Of a DNA stretch of 59,135 bases, positions 8,702 through 20,100 are shown piece after piece. The position numbers were made by a program, and so were the translations under genes. How positions within the stretch are numbered: the first letter of the stretch is position 1; every line of letters begins with the position of its first letter. This DNA is from a virus (lineage: Duplodnaviria; Caudoviricetes): IMG/VR virus record IMGVR_UViG_3300020055_000021, positions 1-59,135 of that record; one strand, written 5' to 3'. Under the pieces are notes generated by a model. That model had not been told where the DNA came from, ran no database searches, and worked only from the letters and a program-made list of their open reading frames with translations.

Positions 8702-11700
8702 ATGGCTACAGGTGTAAATAATAGTACCGCTGTGGTTGTAGTCGGAAGGACTGCGCCAGTCCCTCCTGGTCAACAGACATCCGCAAATTCTGTACCAGTT
8801 GTTATCGCTTCAGACCAGTCTGCTATCCCTGTTGAAGAACAGAATAAGCAGCAATCTGAGGTCGCCCTTTCACTTCTAGGTATTCCTAGATCTGAAGTTG
8901 CTCTTGGTATCTTTGCTGACGTTAACACATACGATGTTAACCCAACAGAATGGTCTCAGTTTCCTGAGCAGTTTACTACTGCTGACATCTACAATGACAA
9001 TGGAGATCTAACAGAACAATACACCGGACTACTTAACAAACTTGACTGGGGTCTCACTCATATCCCTGAAGAAGCAGGTGCTATGATTGAAGCACCATTC
9101 AATGAAGTATCTATTCTCACCTCTAAGCGTTTCTTCCGTTATCAACCTGGTCGTGTCTCTGCTGCTACTTTTGGTGTCAAATTAAATAGAGCACCTTATA
9201 CAGTTCAAGATAATGCTACAAGTGGTGATTCTGTAAGAAACCCAGCACTTAAGAAGTATGGTATTTTTGATAAGTTTGATGGGTACTACTTCGAATCTAA
9301 GAACGATGGTTATGGTGATAACTTTACCTGCGTAAGAAGAACACAATCTATTATTCGTGATAACCCAATTTACTTTTCTGATCTTCAACCACAAGACTAT
9401 GCTTGGGTTGGTGTTCCTTTAGTTGAATCTAGTCGTCCTCGTTATCTAAATGCTTACGACCTCCTGAAAGCAAACAAGAGATTTCTACAGGAAGTTGCTG
9501 CACAATCACTAGATGATGCTGGTGAAGCAGATAAGTGTCGTAGAGATGCTGGTCTAGTTATTGAGGGTGTCTTGGATGACCTGAGATATGGTGGTAATGC
9601 TTCTACAGTTTACAACACACTAAGATTTTTCAATAAAAACAATCTTCCATCCGGTGTATATCTAGACAATGTTCAGACGGAAATTGCTAGATACGCCGTT
9701 ATTTCTCAAGTATGTCAGAACCTATGTAATGGTCAGGTTCCTAGTGCTAATGGCAGTGGTTCTAATGATTCATATACTTTTGAAGGTAATACATATAACT
9801 ATGTTCCTGCTAGCGCCCTACCATCAGTAACTGTTGAGGGAGGTGCTGCTTCTGCTGTCAATGGTCTCTTTGATATTCTAGAGGTTGCTTTAGGTAGAGA
9901 TACACTTAACGTACCTAATTATAATTCAATTCCTGAACCAGTTGGTGCTGCTGCTGGTGAGATGGCAATCCTTAGAGATGGATTGGTGATGATTCATGCT
10001 GCTGCTAATGACCCATCACTTCTTAAGCGTAGAGTTAACTATTCAATTACAGATTTAATTGCTGACCCAGGTGGTGCAGCATACCAGTGGATTGAGATCA
10101 CTATTCCTGATAGAGAAGCAACACTTCAACTAGGACAAAGTGTTAGCTTCCAGAAGAATGAGGGTACTGGAAGATTTCTTAATGCTGCACAAGAAGAAAT
10201 ACCTGATGGTAAAATTCTATTTGTTGAGGAAGTTCTTGATGTTGTGGAAGATGGTGGGGTTATTAAGCAATATGTAAGACTATGTGCAAACCCATCTAAT
10301 GAGGAAATTTACACGGGTGTTGGTGGAACAAACGCAACCAATCCATTTGGTGCTGATGGCGACCTAGCATATCCAGATAAGCAATCTTTTAATATCATTT
10401 CTTCTAACCAATCTGTATCTGCTGGTGGTGGTACTGTTGCTGCTTCTGCTCAGGGATTCACACTAAGAACACCAACACCATTCCTACTACCAAATGATTC
10501 CAGAGCATACAGAGGCACACAATATACTGATGAGTCTCGCCCCGGTCAAGAGGGTGTTCCTGCTGGTACTGTAGACGGATGCTTCCCATATATCTATCCT
10601 CCTGCTGGTGGCGCTTCTGCCGGAACTCAGGGATATATTGATTCTGTATTTTCAAACACTGGTGACTTAAGAGCACAGATGAATTATGTGAACAAGAGAT
10701 TGTTCAAAAACTGGGTGTGGTTCAATGTGGATCCAAAATACTACAAGGTGTATGAGTATAGAGTTCCTCGTTCCAGAATGAGTGGGGAAAAACTCAATGG
10801 TATTATAACTGATGTTATTTACAGTGATAATGTACTAACAAATAAAGCTGGTGCTCCAGTTATAGAGCCAACCACAGGAGAACAACTTACATTCACCAGT
10901 CTTTGGGACCTTGACCCAACTAAGGTTACCATGTATAAGATTGAGTTCTCATGGTATGGTGCTGTTGGTGCTACCTTCCTTGCTTATGTTCCTATCGAAA
11001 ATAATGAAGCAAGATGGGTGAGAGTACATCACCTCAGAGCATCTAACCAATTGAAGGTTGCTTCTCTTGGTAATGCTACACTACCTATTACTTACCTAAC
11101 ATATGGTGGTGGTAGTGAAAATGCTTACGGATATCTTAATGCTGACAGACCTCTCAACACTGAGTCTGGATATGGTTCATGCTCAGAGCAATTAACTAAG
11201 TATGGTGCTTCATACTACATTGATGGTGGAGACAGAGGAACTGTTAGACTATTCTCCTACGCTTCTGACTCACTTAAAGAGATTGGTGGTTCCAGATATA
11301 CATTTACTGAAGCTGAACATACAGGTTTATATACTAGTTCAGCTATTGCTGAAGAATCAGCTGACAATGCTGGATATGTGAATGCACCTAGATTACAATT
11401 CACGGGTACTGCAAGTTCATTTATATCGCAGGGTGGTGATATACCAGACATTTCTGATTACTATATGAATGCAAAGGTTCAAACATCGAATAGTTCAGAT
11501 CAAGATATAAGAGTGGTATATGTCGATGAGGCAAATCGTTATCTATATCTTTCTAGAGTTCTTTCTGCTACTAGCGGTGACATTAGATTGATTGTTGATA
11601 GACCACAACCTCTAGTAGGTATTAAGTGTAGAACTGAAATCAATGGTGTAAGAAATAGAGTTCAGATTTATCCAACACGTCTTGCGACAGGTGTTACTTC

Positions 11701-12421
11701 TCAGTCTGAATCAATGGTGGTTGAACTTAGAAAGACACCAGTGTTCCAAACATTAACACAAACATCAGGTACACTTTCTGTTAACTTTGGTGGTATTGAT
11801 ATTGGTAGAAGAGGTAAGAGAACTTTACTACCTATTGGTGCTGGTTCTGGAGAAATTTCTGTTTCTGATGTTGGCGGTAATTACATACAACCAGGTGAAG
11901 AAATCTGGGGATACTTTAGATATACTATTAAAGGAGATACCTCAGGACTTGCCTTTACTTCCCTAGGAAAACTCGATAGAGATTTTGATAGCGGTAAGTA
12001 TTACTTCTCTGCTTACGAGGTAACTCTAGAGGATATTCTAATCAGAGGAACATTTAATCCTTGTGGTCAGTGGAGTGGTCCTGGTCCTCTAAACCCAGAC
12101 TTAGACAATCCAACTCCTTTACTTAACCCATATCCAACCTCAACTCTTGCAAGACTATCTGCCGTAGAGACAGATTCAGAGCAACGTTCACCTATACCTG
12201 GAACAGGAACAACTATTACTACACTCTTCTCACCAAACTCTGGTGAAGAATATGAACTATCTCCATACTTTGATTACAACAAGGACTATCTATCCTTCCC
12301 ACTTACAGATATTCAAGAGACACTATACATTTGTGCTTCTTCTAAGTCTGATTATCTTGAGTCTGGAAACTATGTAAATAGAGGTGAGATACTAGCGAGC
12401 ATTACCTGGGAGGAGCAGTGA
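8702..12421 (+). CDS. large virion structural protein (paralog of 12425-17131)
   Basis: 1239-aa ORF after a late promoter; RYQPGR, MYKIEFSWYGA and YIDGGD blocks shared with the next gene. Confidence 0.8.
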   Translation: MATGVNNSTAVVVVGRTAPVPPGQQTSANSVPVVIASDQSAIPVEEQNKQQSEVALSLLGIPRSEVALGIFADVNTYDVNPTEWSQFPEQFTTADIYNDNGDLTEQYTGLLNKLDWGLTHIPEEAGAMIEAPFNEVSILTSKRFFRYQPGRVSAATFGVKLNRAPYTVQDNATSGDSVRNPALKKYGIFDKFDGYYFESKNDGYGDNFTCVRRTQSIIRDNPIYFSDLQPQDYAWVGVPLVESSRPRYLNAYDLLKANKRFLQEVAAQSLDDAGEADKCRRDAGLVIEGVLDDLRYGGNASTVYNTLRFFNKNNLPSGVYLDNVQTEIARYAVISQVCQNLCNGQVPSANGSGSNDSYTFEGNTYNYVPASALPSVTVEGGAASAVNGLFDILEVALGRDTLNVPNYNSIPEPVGAAAGEMAILRDGLVMIHAAANDPSLLKRRVNYSITDLIADPGGAAYQWIEITIPDREATLQLGQSVSFQKNEGTGRFLNAAQEEIPDGKILFVEEVLDVVEDGGVIKQYVRLCANPSNEEIYTGVGGTNATNPFGADGDLAYPDKQSFNIISSNQSVSAGGGTVAASAQGFTLRTPTPFLLPNDSRAYRGTQYTDESRPGQEGVPAGTVDGCFPYIYPPAGGASAGTQGYIDSVFSNTGDLRAQMNYVNKRLFKNWVWFNVDPKYYKVYEYRVPRSRMSGEKLNGIITDVIYSDNVLTNKAGAPVIEPTTGEQLTFTSLWDLDPTKVTMYKIEFSWYGAVGATFLAYVPIENNEARWVRVHHLRASNQLKVASLGNATLPITYLTYGGGSENAYGYLNADRPLNTESGYGSCSEQLTKYGASYYIDGGDRGTVRLFSYASDSLKEIGGSRYTFTEAEHTGLYTSSAIAEESADNAGYVNAPRLQFTGTASSFISQGGDIPDISDYYMNAKVQTSNSSDQDIRVVYVDEANRYLYLSRVLSATSGDIRLIVDRPQPLVGIKCRTEINGVRNRVQIYPTRLATGVTSQSESMVVELRKTPVFQTLTQTSGTLSVNFGGIDIGRRGKRTLLPIGAGSGEISVSDVGGNYIQPGEEIWGYFRYTIKGDTSGLAFTSLGKLDRDFDSGKYYFSAYEVTLEDILIRGTFNPCGQWSGPGPLNPDLDNPTPLLNPYPTSTLARLSAVETDSEQRSPIPGTGTTITTLFSPNSGEEYELSPYFDYNKDYLSFPLTDIQETLYICASSKSDYLESGNYVNRGEILASITWEEQ

Positions 12422-12424
12422 TAA

Positions 12425-15400
12425 ATGAGTGGACTAGACATACGAATCGGGCATGATAAGCAACCAGCGCCTATCATTCCTACGAACGCACCGCTTTATA
12501 ATTTATTAACTGGTGAAGTATTAACTGACGAAGGAGGTACTCCACTAGTTTCTGAGCAAGACATAGCTTTAACGTCTTTTAATTCCGCATCCAAGTCCAC
12601 TTCTATTTGTTTTACTGAAGAAGGAAAGACTACAGTAAATGAAGATGCTAATATTAGAGGAACTAATTTTGAAGCTAGAAATGATGCTATATTTGAAATT
12701 CAATTATTACTAACGGGTGGCGGATACACTACACCATTAAATTTTTCCGTTGGTAATGCTACTCTTTCATTTACAATTGATGAGGTAACTGGTTCAGTTA
12801 ACTCTATCTCGGTTGTAGACCCCGGAAGTGGATTTGCTGAAGGATTTGAATTTGATATACCTGGTGGAGATACTAGTACACCAAACCTTGCGAGAGCAAG
12901 AATTAGTCGCGTATCTACATTATTAACTGGTGACCAAACTAGATTCAGAGATGATCTTGTCGATGGAGATAGAGTAATTCTACCAACAGGTCGTGATGCA
13001 TTAAATGCTAGAGTTTATGAGGAGAGAAAAGTATTTGAAGTTAGGAATCAATCTCAAGCATGGTTGACACTAGCAGTAACTGACCAGCAACTAAAAGATT
13101 CTAATGGTACTGGATTTGGTACAGTAACAAGAAAGGGATTTATTTTAGTTAATCCTATTCTTCCCATTGCTGAAGAGTTTCCGCTGTTTAGTGAAGTTAG
13201 CTCTACAATTCTTGGTATTCCTAAGGCAGAAACTCAGTTGGGATTGTTCTCTAATGTTTCTAGTTATGGATTAGATGAAGATGCATTCTTATTCTATCAA
13301 AATAATAGTGCCACTAATGACCCAAGTCAATGGGCTCGTAGAAAGAATCCAATTTACGGGAGACATCAAAATAGTACCTCATACATCGAACAAAAAGATG
13401 AGTCTGCTATTGTTCTGAGTGCATTTAGAGTACCTTATGGATATCCATATGGTCCTAACCCAAATGGTACTGCTTATCCTTTTGATTCGCATGTAATCTT
13501 CTGTAACTTCCTGAAGATGGGTTGTTTGTTATATGACTGGTTTAAACCTGGTGGTCCCGGTTTTGATTCAGAAAATGATAACGGAGCATTTGCCTCAAAG
13601 TTTGTTCCATATGTTAGGAACCATGTCACCGCACCTAACTTTGTATTAGATCCTACTGTTGCTGCTACACAACCCGCTCCATACTATGATAATAATGGCG
13701 TTTTGATTACACCATACATTACCGGAGAAGAAATCTATAAACTTACTGACTGGGATATTAATACTAATACTCCACAACCAGGAGCAACTCCTCTGGGAAC
13801 TGTAAGGGCATATCAATTCTTAGCGGGAGTCTTACATTTCAATGAAGAAGTTGGACTACCTTTCAAAGATAATGATAGTCCGGAGAATGGACTTCCAATT
13901 ATTGCCGCCCAGAGTTTAACTACATCTGCAATTACTGGTGACATGACATTCATCACTCCAGAAAATTTCCTCTGGGGTATGCAGAGTCCATTAAATCCTC
14001 AGTATCCCAATCGTCAATCTTTCTATGACCAGTTGGCGGTATGGACAGAGACATGGAGAGATATTAGGGCTGGAACTTTTACATTACCCAATGGAGCTCC
14101 ATATGGAGCACAAGAGGTGGATGGTAACCCATACATTCAGGAGTTTATTGTTGATGCCCTAGCATTAGTAGGTGCTGATAGAAATATCTTCAATCGTTCT
14201 AAACCTGGATACGGTTCAAATAGACCTGTTCGTTCTTATCTAGTGTCGAAAAAAGCATTTAGATATCAACCGGGCAGAATTAGTGGATATACATTTGGTG
14301 TTCGTGCTTCAGGTGACGCTGTAACTAACGAGGTTAATATTGAATGGGGTATTGGTAATGAAACTGACCAGTTGTTATTCAGAAATAGAGGCGGCAATAT
14401 TTCTATCGTAAGAAGAAGTGTTGTTCCTTTACCTGATGAATTACTTGAAAAACAGAGTATTGATCCTAGTGACCAATTTTTAACACAACTGAATTCCAAT
14501 CCTCAGGACACTGAAGCTTTTACTGGTATTCCTAGACGAGATGTTTATGAATTAGAGATTCCTAGAGACTCTTGGAATGGCGATCCTCTAAATGGTAATG
14601 GTCCTTCGGGATGGAACTGGAGAGCAGAAGATGTGACCATGTATAAGATTGAGTTTGGATGGTATGGTGCTATTGGAATTCAGTTTTATGCTTATGTTCC
14701 AATCCTTAATAATGAAGCAAGGTGGGTTAAACTACACAGAATTATTATTGAGAACCAACTTGGGCAACCATGTATGGGAGACCCATACTACAAGTTCCAA
14801 TATACATTAGAAGTAAACGACCATGACCAAGTGAGGTCTCCTCAGTTTATCTATAAGTATGGTACTTCCTGCTACATTGATGGTGGTGACGAAGGAACTA
14901 TTAGAGTTGGTTCTGCTACCAGTGATTTCAAAACTGCACCTGTTGAGTTAGTAGGTGGAGTACCACAATCAACCACTGTTGTTGGGTTGATTCCAAAGAC
15001 TGTCATTTATAATCGTTCTGGTCAGGCAGTTAAAAATAAGCAACAAATTTTCCCAAGAGAATTGTCATTAATAGCTGATGGATTAACTGAAATTTCATTG
15101 GTTAAATGTAAAGCATGTCCTGGATTTGGGCACACATATCAGACAAATGTTAATTCATTTGTAAGTGGAGACCTTAGATATATTATCCATCCTCAGACTG
15201 GTATTGTAAATAATACTCCTGTTTTTGATAGAGGAACACTTGAGCTTCCTCTGTTACTTAGAAGAGGTAATGCTACTACCGGTAGTGACATCATTACACT
15301 TACTGCTGTTGATCCTGCGGACCCATCACAAGAAGCATCTCCATCTATCACGCAGTTCCTTAGGGTGGGTGACATAGTAAATCCACAGGAAGGAAATTCT

Positions 15401-17131
15401 CCTCTATTTGATGGTGGCGATCCTCCATATATTACTGCTATCAATGGTAATGATATTACTGTGAGTAAAGTTTTAGGAACTCAAGGTGGTAATCCAATTG
15501 CTCTTAATGATTTTACTTTTGAAATCCAACCATTATTCATTGGTAGGAAAGATGAGTACGCAAAAATAATTGCTAGTAGAGTTTGGTTGAGATATATTGG
15601 ATCTAGATTACAATTTAGTGGTTCTATCTTCAATACTGTTGTCGATGGATTTAATGTTCAGGGATATACTTCAGCACCCATAGTTGGAATTGATACGGCC
15701 GCTGCGGGAGTGTTCCCACAACAAGCAGAGGCGTTTAGATATTTTGAAGACCAACCATTACAGGCATTCAGGAGAATTAATGCAGGAACCAACGTTGAGC
15801 AAATTATTCCTACTGATACTAGATTCCCAATTAGATTAGCACAATATGATGCTGTTGCTGGGTCTGCTTTACCTGTTGTTGGTAAGAAAAACCAACTTTT
15901 GATGTTATTACCTAACAATGGTAGTCGAGCTGACAACGGAATATATTCAAATGGACAATTCTCTGATTGGAGAGTTGGTATTACTACACTTAGACCAACT
16001 CAACCAGGTGGACCAGGAACAGATTTAGTATGGGAACGACCTAATGGTGCCGGTCCAGTAGCAGAGTTTACTAACAATTATAAATTATTTGCTGAGAGAT
16101 TTAATATTGGTGTCTTTACTGATACAGAAGGATTTGAGTTAAGTGAAACATATAATGGACGTATCCCTCCATTTACTGTGGACTATAGAATTCCTGAACC
16201 ACCAGGAACTAATACTGGTAGATGTGCATACATTGAAATCACTGTAGGTGATCCAATTTTTGCATCATGTTCTCAAGTTGCTGGAAGTGCATTGCCTAAT
16301 CTAACTCAAGCGTTTATAGATGCTGGATATACTTTTGGTAATACATCGAACGATTGGTACTTAAGATTTTCTGGTGCTCCTCCATTTACCTATGACCCAT
16401 CTGGTGCTGAGGTTGGATTTAATCCAGCAGATCCTAATCCAATAGACCCACTAGATGAAGACTCTATTCCCATTAATGGTTCGGGAGTTAGATTTGCTAG
16501 TGGTTTTGTAACCTATGAGGAAAATGATGTTACCTATAATATTGCCCGAATTGACGGCAAACTACTTCAAAGTGCTAGCACAGCACCAGCACAGGTAACT
16601 ATCTATCTGATTCCTGTCAGTCTGGAAACATATAGAAAGTTTTCTACTAAGTCTTTTGATTACAATCCATTCCCACTCTACTTCTTTATTGAGATGAGAG
16701 ATGCTGGAAGAATTAATGGCGCTGTAATCAAAGAAGAGACGGCAGTAACTAATGTATATAATCCAAGGTGGTTGGGTTCATCTTCTATTACTTTATCAAA
16801 TGAAAATAATGAAATTGGTCCTATAGGAGACACAGCATTTACAACTGGAGACCAGGTTAGTTTCCCACCAAACTTTACTTCACCCGATAGACTATCATCA
16901 GCCTTCATCGACACTCAGAGTACATCTCAGTTGAGACCATATGAGGTGATAGATAAAGTATATGTTGGTAATGAAACTAAGACCATAGATTTAAGGGCTG
17001 TATTTGATTTCCAGAAGGAGACGATTACACCAGACCTCCTAAATACTACAGCATACTTCTTTATCGCCACTTCTAAAGAGGCAACGTCTACGGAGATTGC
17101 GGGAACATTAAATTACATCGAGCAGCAGTAA
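12425..17131 (+). CDS. large virion structural protein
   Basis: 1568-aa ORF in the same late operon; shares motifs with 8702-12421. Confidence 0.8.
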   Translation: MSGLDIRIGHDKQPAPIIPTNAPLYNLLTGEVLTDEGGTPLVSEQDIALTSFNSASKSTSICFTEEGKTTVNEDANIRGTNFEARNDAIFEIQLLLTGGGYTTPLNFSVGNATLSFTIDEVTGSVNSISVVDPGSGFAEGFEFDIPGGDTSTPNLARARISRVSTLLTGDQTRFRDDLVDGDRVILPTGRDALNARVYEERKVFEVRNQSQAWLTLAVTDQQLKDSNGTGFGTVTRKGFILVNPILPIAEEFPLFSEVSSTILGIPKAETQLGLFSNVSSYGLDEDAFLFYQNNSATNDPSQWARRKNPIYGRHQNSTSYIEQKDESAIVLSAFRVPYGYPYGPNPNGTAYPFDSHVIFCNFLKMGCLLYDWFKPGGPGFDSENDNGAFASKFVPYVRNHVTAPNFVLDPTVAATQPAPYYDNNGVLITPYITGEEIYKLTDWDINTNTPQPGATPLGTVRAYQFLAGVLHFNEEVGLPFKDNDSPENGLPIIAAQSLTTSAITGDMTFITPENFLWGMQSPLNPQYPNRQSFYDQLAVWTETWRDIRAGTFTLPNGAPYGAQEVDGNPYIQEFIVDALALVGADRNIFNRSKPGYGSNRPVRSYLVSKKAFRYQPGRISGYTFGVRASGDAVTNEVNIEWGIGNETDQLLFRNRGGNISIVRRSVVPLPDELLEKQSIDPSDQFLTQLNSNPQDTEAFTGIPRRDVYELEIPRDSWNGDPLNGNGPSGWNWRAEDVTMYKIEFGWYGAIGIQFYAYVPILNNEARWVKLHRIIIENQLGQPCMGDPYYKFQYTLEVNDHDQVRSPQFIYKYGTSCYIDGGDEGTIRVGSATSDFKTAPVELVGGVPQSTTVVGLIPKTVIYNRSGQAVKNKQQIFPRELSLIADGLTEISLVKCKACPGFGHTYQTNVNSFVSGDLRYIIHPQTGIVNNTPVFDRGTLELPLLLRRGNATTGSDIITLTAVDPADPSQEASPSITQFLRVGDIVNPQEGNSPLFDGGDPPYITAINGNDITVSKVLGTQGGNPIALNDFTFEIQPLFIGRKDEYAKIIASRVWLRYIGSRLQFSGSIFNTVVDGFNVQGYTSAPIVGIDTAAAGVFPQQAEAFRYFEDQPLQAFRRINAGTNVEQIIPTDTRFPIRLAQYDAVAGSALPVVGKKNQLLMLLPNNGSRADNGIYSNGQFSDWRVGITTLRPTQPGGPGTDLVWERPNGAGPVAEFTNNYKLFAERFNIGVFTDTEGFELSETYNGRIPPFTVDYRIPEPPGTNTGRCAYIEITVGDPIFASCSQVAGSALPNLTQAFIDAGYTFGNTSNDWYLRFSGAPPFTYDPSGAEVGFNPADPNPIDPLDEDSIPINGSGVRFASGFVTYEENDVTYNIARIDGKLLQSASTAPAQVTIYLIPVSLETYRKFSTKSFDYNPFPLYFFIEMRDAGRINGAVIKEETAVTNVYNPRWLGSSSITLSNENNEIGPIGDTAFTTGDQVSFPPNFTSPDRLSSAFIDTQSTSQLRPYEVIDKVYVGNETKTIDLRAVFDFQKETITPDLLNTTAYFFIATSKEATSTEIAGTLNYIEQQ

Positions 17132-17137
17132 GAGAGA

Positions 17138-20100
17138 ATGGCAATTACAAATCCTAGAATCTTTGGACTAGCAGTTCCAAGAAACCTTACTGATGTAAGG
17201 GATAGGGATGAAACTCTGTTAAATCTGGGTTTAGATATCAGAGACTTAGAAGTTATTCGTGGTATTGCTGCTGCTGGTTTTGATTCTAATAATTTACAAA
17301 CTATATCTGGATTAAATGTTCCAATTTGGAAAACATTTGATAGATATAGAACAGATGTCAGTACATACAATGGTCAGTTGAATGACTCTGCTGGTACTGA
17401 TATTAGAACTAAAGGTAATTTAGAGGTTCATGGACCAGTTTCCTCTAATGCTTTTAGATATACTTTATTTGATAATACAATTGGTACTCCTTCTCTTAGG
17501 TGGGGAGACATCTCTACTTCTCGTGTAAGTTCTTGGAGTTCTTTTACTGCCTCTATTGCTTATGGTTCTGATGTAAAAATTAGTGGGACACTTTTTGCAG
17601 GTTCATTAAAAACACAACAGGTTCCCACAGAAAGAACGTTTGATTCTGAAGTACCAACACACAAAATTAAGTTAAGACTTAATGGTACTGACCAGTACTT
17701 CTATGTAATGAAAGGAATTCCTATTAGATTTAAGGGATTCTTTAGAGATTTTGATTTTACATTAGATTTCCAAACACAAACGGTTAGGAACAGTTGGAGA
17801 GTTTATAGAACTAATGGATTAGAATTACAGGACTTTGAAAACATTGGTTCGTTTTCTTCATCCACATTAAATTATAGATCTCCTTTCTCTGCTGAAAGAT
17901 TTATTGAGGCATACATTAATCCTGAAGTGGTTGATAGAATTGTATTATCTAACTGCAACATTCAAGAACTACCAAAGTCTAGACTTCCCAATTTAGAAAC
18001 GTTAATCTTTGCTAATAATGGACTAACGACATTTCCAAACTTAAATTTCTTTTCTCCAAACTTGGAATCTCTTGTTATAGATAACAACCCGTTTTATAAT
18101 GGACCTACAATAGATGAGCAGAAATTTACTAAGCCAATTATGGCGAGAATACCAACCACATTAACTAACTTAGATGCATCTGGATGTTTTAAGGGAGGAA
18201 TCGAACAAAATATCTTTAATAGATTGCGTTTATTATCTAGGATTGATATTGATAGAGTTGGTGATATATTTTTCTTCCCTGATTCCGTTAATCCTACAGG
18301 TGCGCTCCCTAATTTTTATGGGATTATTGGACAACCACTTACTCATACAATGGGAGGGGTTAGTTTAGTTGACCACGACTTTAGAACTATTGAACCTGGT
18401 GTTCAGGGTGGTGTAGATCAAGTTACTTTATCTGGTTCTGGTTCTGGTGGTAGTGGTTATAATGGTGGCGCTAGTGGCGTATTTAATGATGTACCATTGA
18501 TAAACGGAAATGGTAGTAATGCTACTGCAGATATTACAATAGATAGTGGAATTGTAGTTGGTGTTGTGATTAAAAATGTTGGTTCTGGATACAACGTTGG
18601 TGATTTATTATCCGCTAATAATGCTAATCTAGGTGGTTCCGGATCAGGTCTTGCTATTGAGATAACAAGTCTGATTAATGTCCTTAGTATTAAGCAACTA
18701 GAGAATTTAACCAGCATAAATGTAAATGACAATAACGGATTAAATGATCCAAACTTTTCTTTAAATTGTCCATCAACACTAACTAATTTAAGTATTCAAA
18801 GAACTCAAATTGCACTTCCAAATGTAAGTAACTTTACTGAGCTTACTGATGTCACTATCTATGGTGGTTCTGGTAGGGGTTCATTTCATACCGGGTGGGA
18901 TGGTACATTTGGTGGAGTAGGTTATCCAAGAACAGACCAGGATAATTTTAAGTTCAATAACTGCCCCGTATTAACTGGCATCACAACAAGTTATTCTGAT
19001 ATCAGTGGATACTTACCAAAGTTTTCTCTTTGCCCAGCATTGACATCATATGGATTTTTTAGCACAAATAGTATAATTGCAGGTCGTCCTGGTAAGAGAA
19101 AAGTATTAAAACTATTACAGGGTGGTGGTATCACACAACTAGGTGCTTTCAATGAACCGGCCGGTAGACCTTACACAGGAAATAGTACTACTGAAGTAAC
19201 GGACACATTAGAAAATGCTGGTGCAACAGAAGGTGCGATTGTTAGTATTACAACTGATGCTAATGGTGATGTCACACAAGTCAATATTGTTCAAGCTGGT
19301 TCTGGATACACCACATCAGATTTGATAACTATTCCAGCGGGTGCTTTAGGTTCAAACAAAGGAGGAACCATTGCAATTGCGGCGGTTGCAACTGGAACTA
19401 TTGGTAGTAATGATTATAATGATGGCACATATAATTTTGAGTCAGATGATAGTACTAATACTGCTGTCGGTATCAATGCTGCAGTATCATTTACTATCAG
19501 TGGAGGAGTGGTATCTCAGTATGCTCTAGTTCAACCTGGACAAGACTATCAAACTGGTGAGTCTATTACTATTCCAACCTCTGTTGTTGGTGGAACTCAA
19601 CCATTACAATTTATTATTGAAGAGGCAGAAGCACCTAAGATTTTATACAACGATCAATTTGAATTCAATCCTAATATTACTAATGTTGATATCAGTATTA
19701 ATAATCCATTATTTGCTGGTGAGGTAGAGTCTGGTGCATTTACTCCATTAAGAACTAAGTTACGTTTCTTAAGATTACAAGCTAATGGAAGAATTACTGG
19801 TAACTTCCCCAACCTAGAAGACCAGGCAGCATTAAGAGAAGTAAGATCCCAAAGTCAAGGATGGACAGGTGCTCTTCCATTGTTCTCTTCTGCTCTAGGA
19901 TTAGAAGAACTATATCTTAGTGGTAATAATTTTACAGGAAAATTTGAATACCAAGCAAAAAATAATTTAAGAATTATAAGTTTATCAAATAATAATATTG
20001 ATGAGATTAGTAACCTCAGTCTATTACCAGCTTGTGAATCCTTCCAGTTATCTAATAATAATTTGTCGGGAACTATTCCTGCTTTAGGTGCTATCATGCC

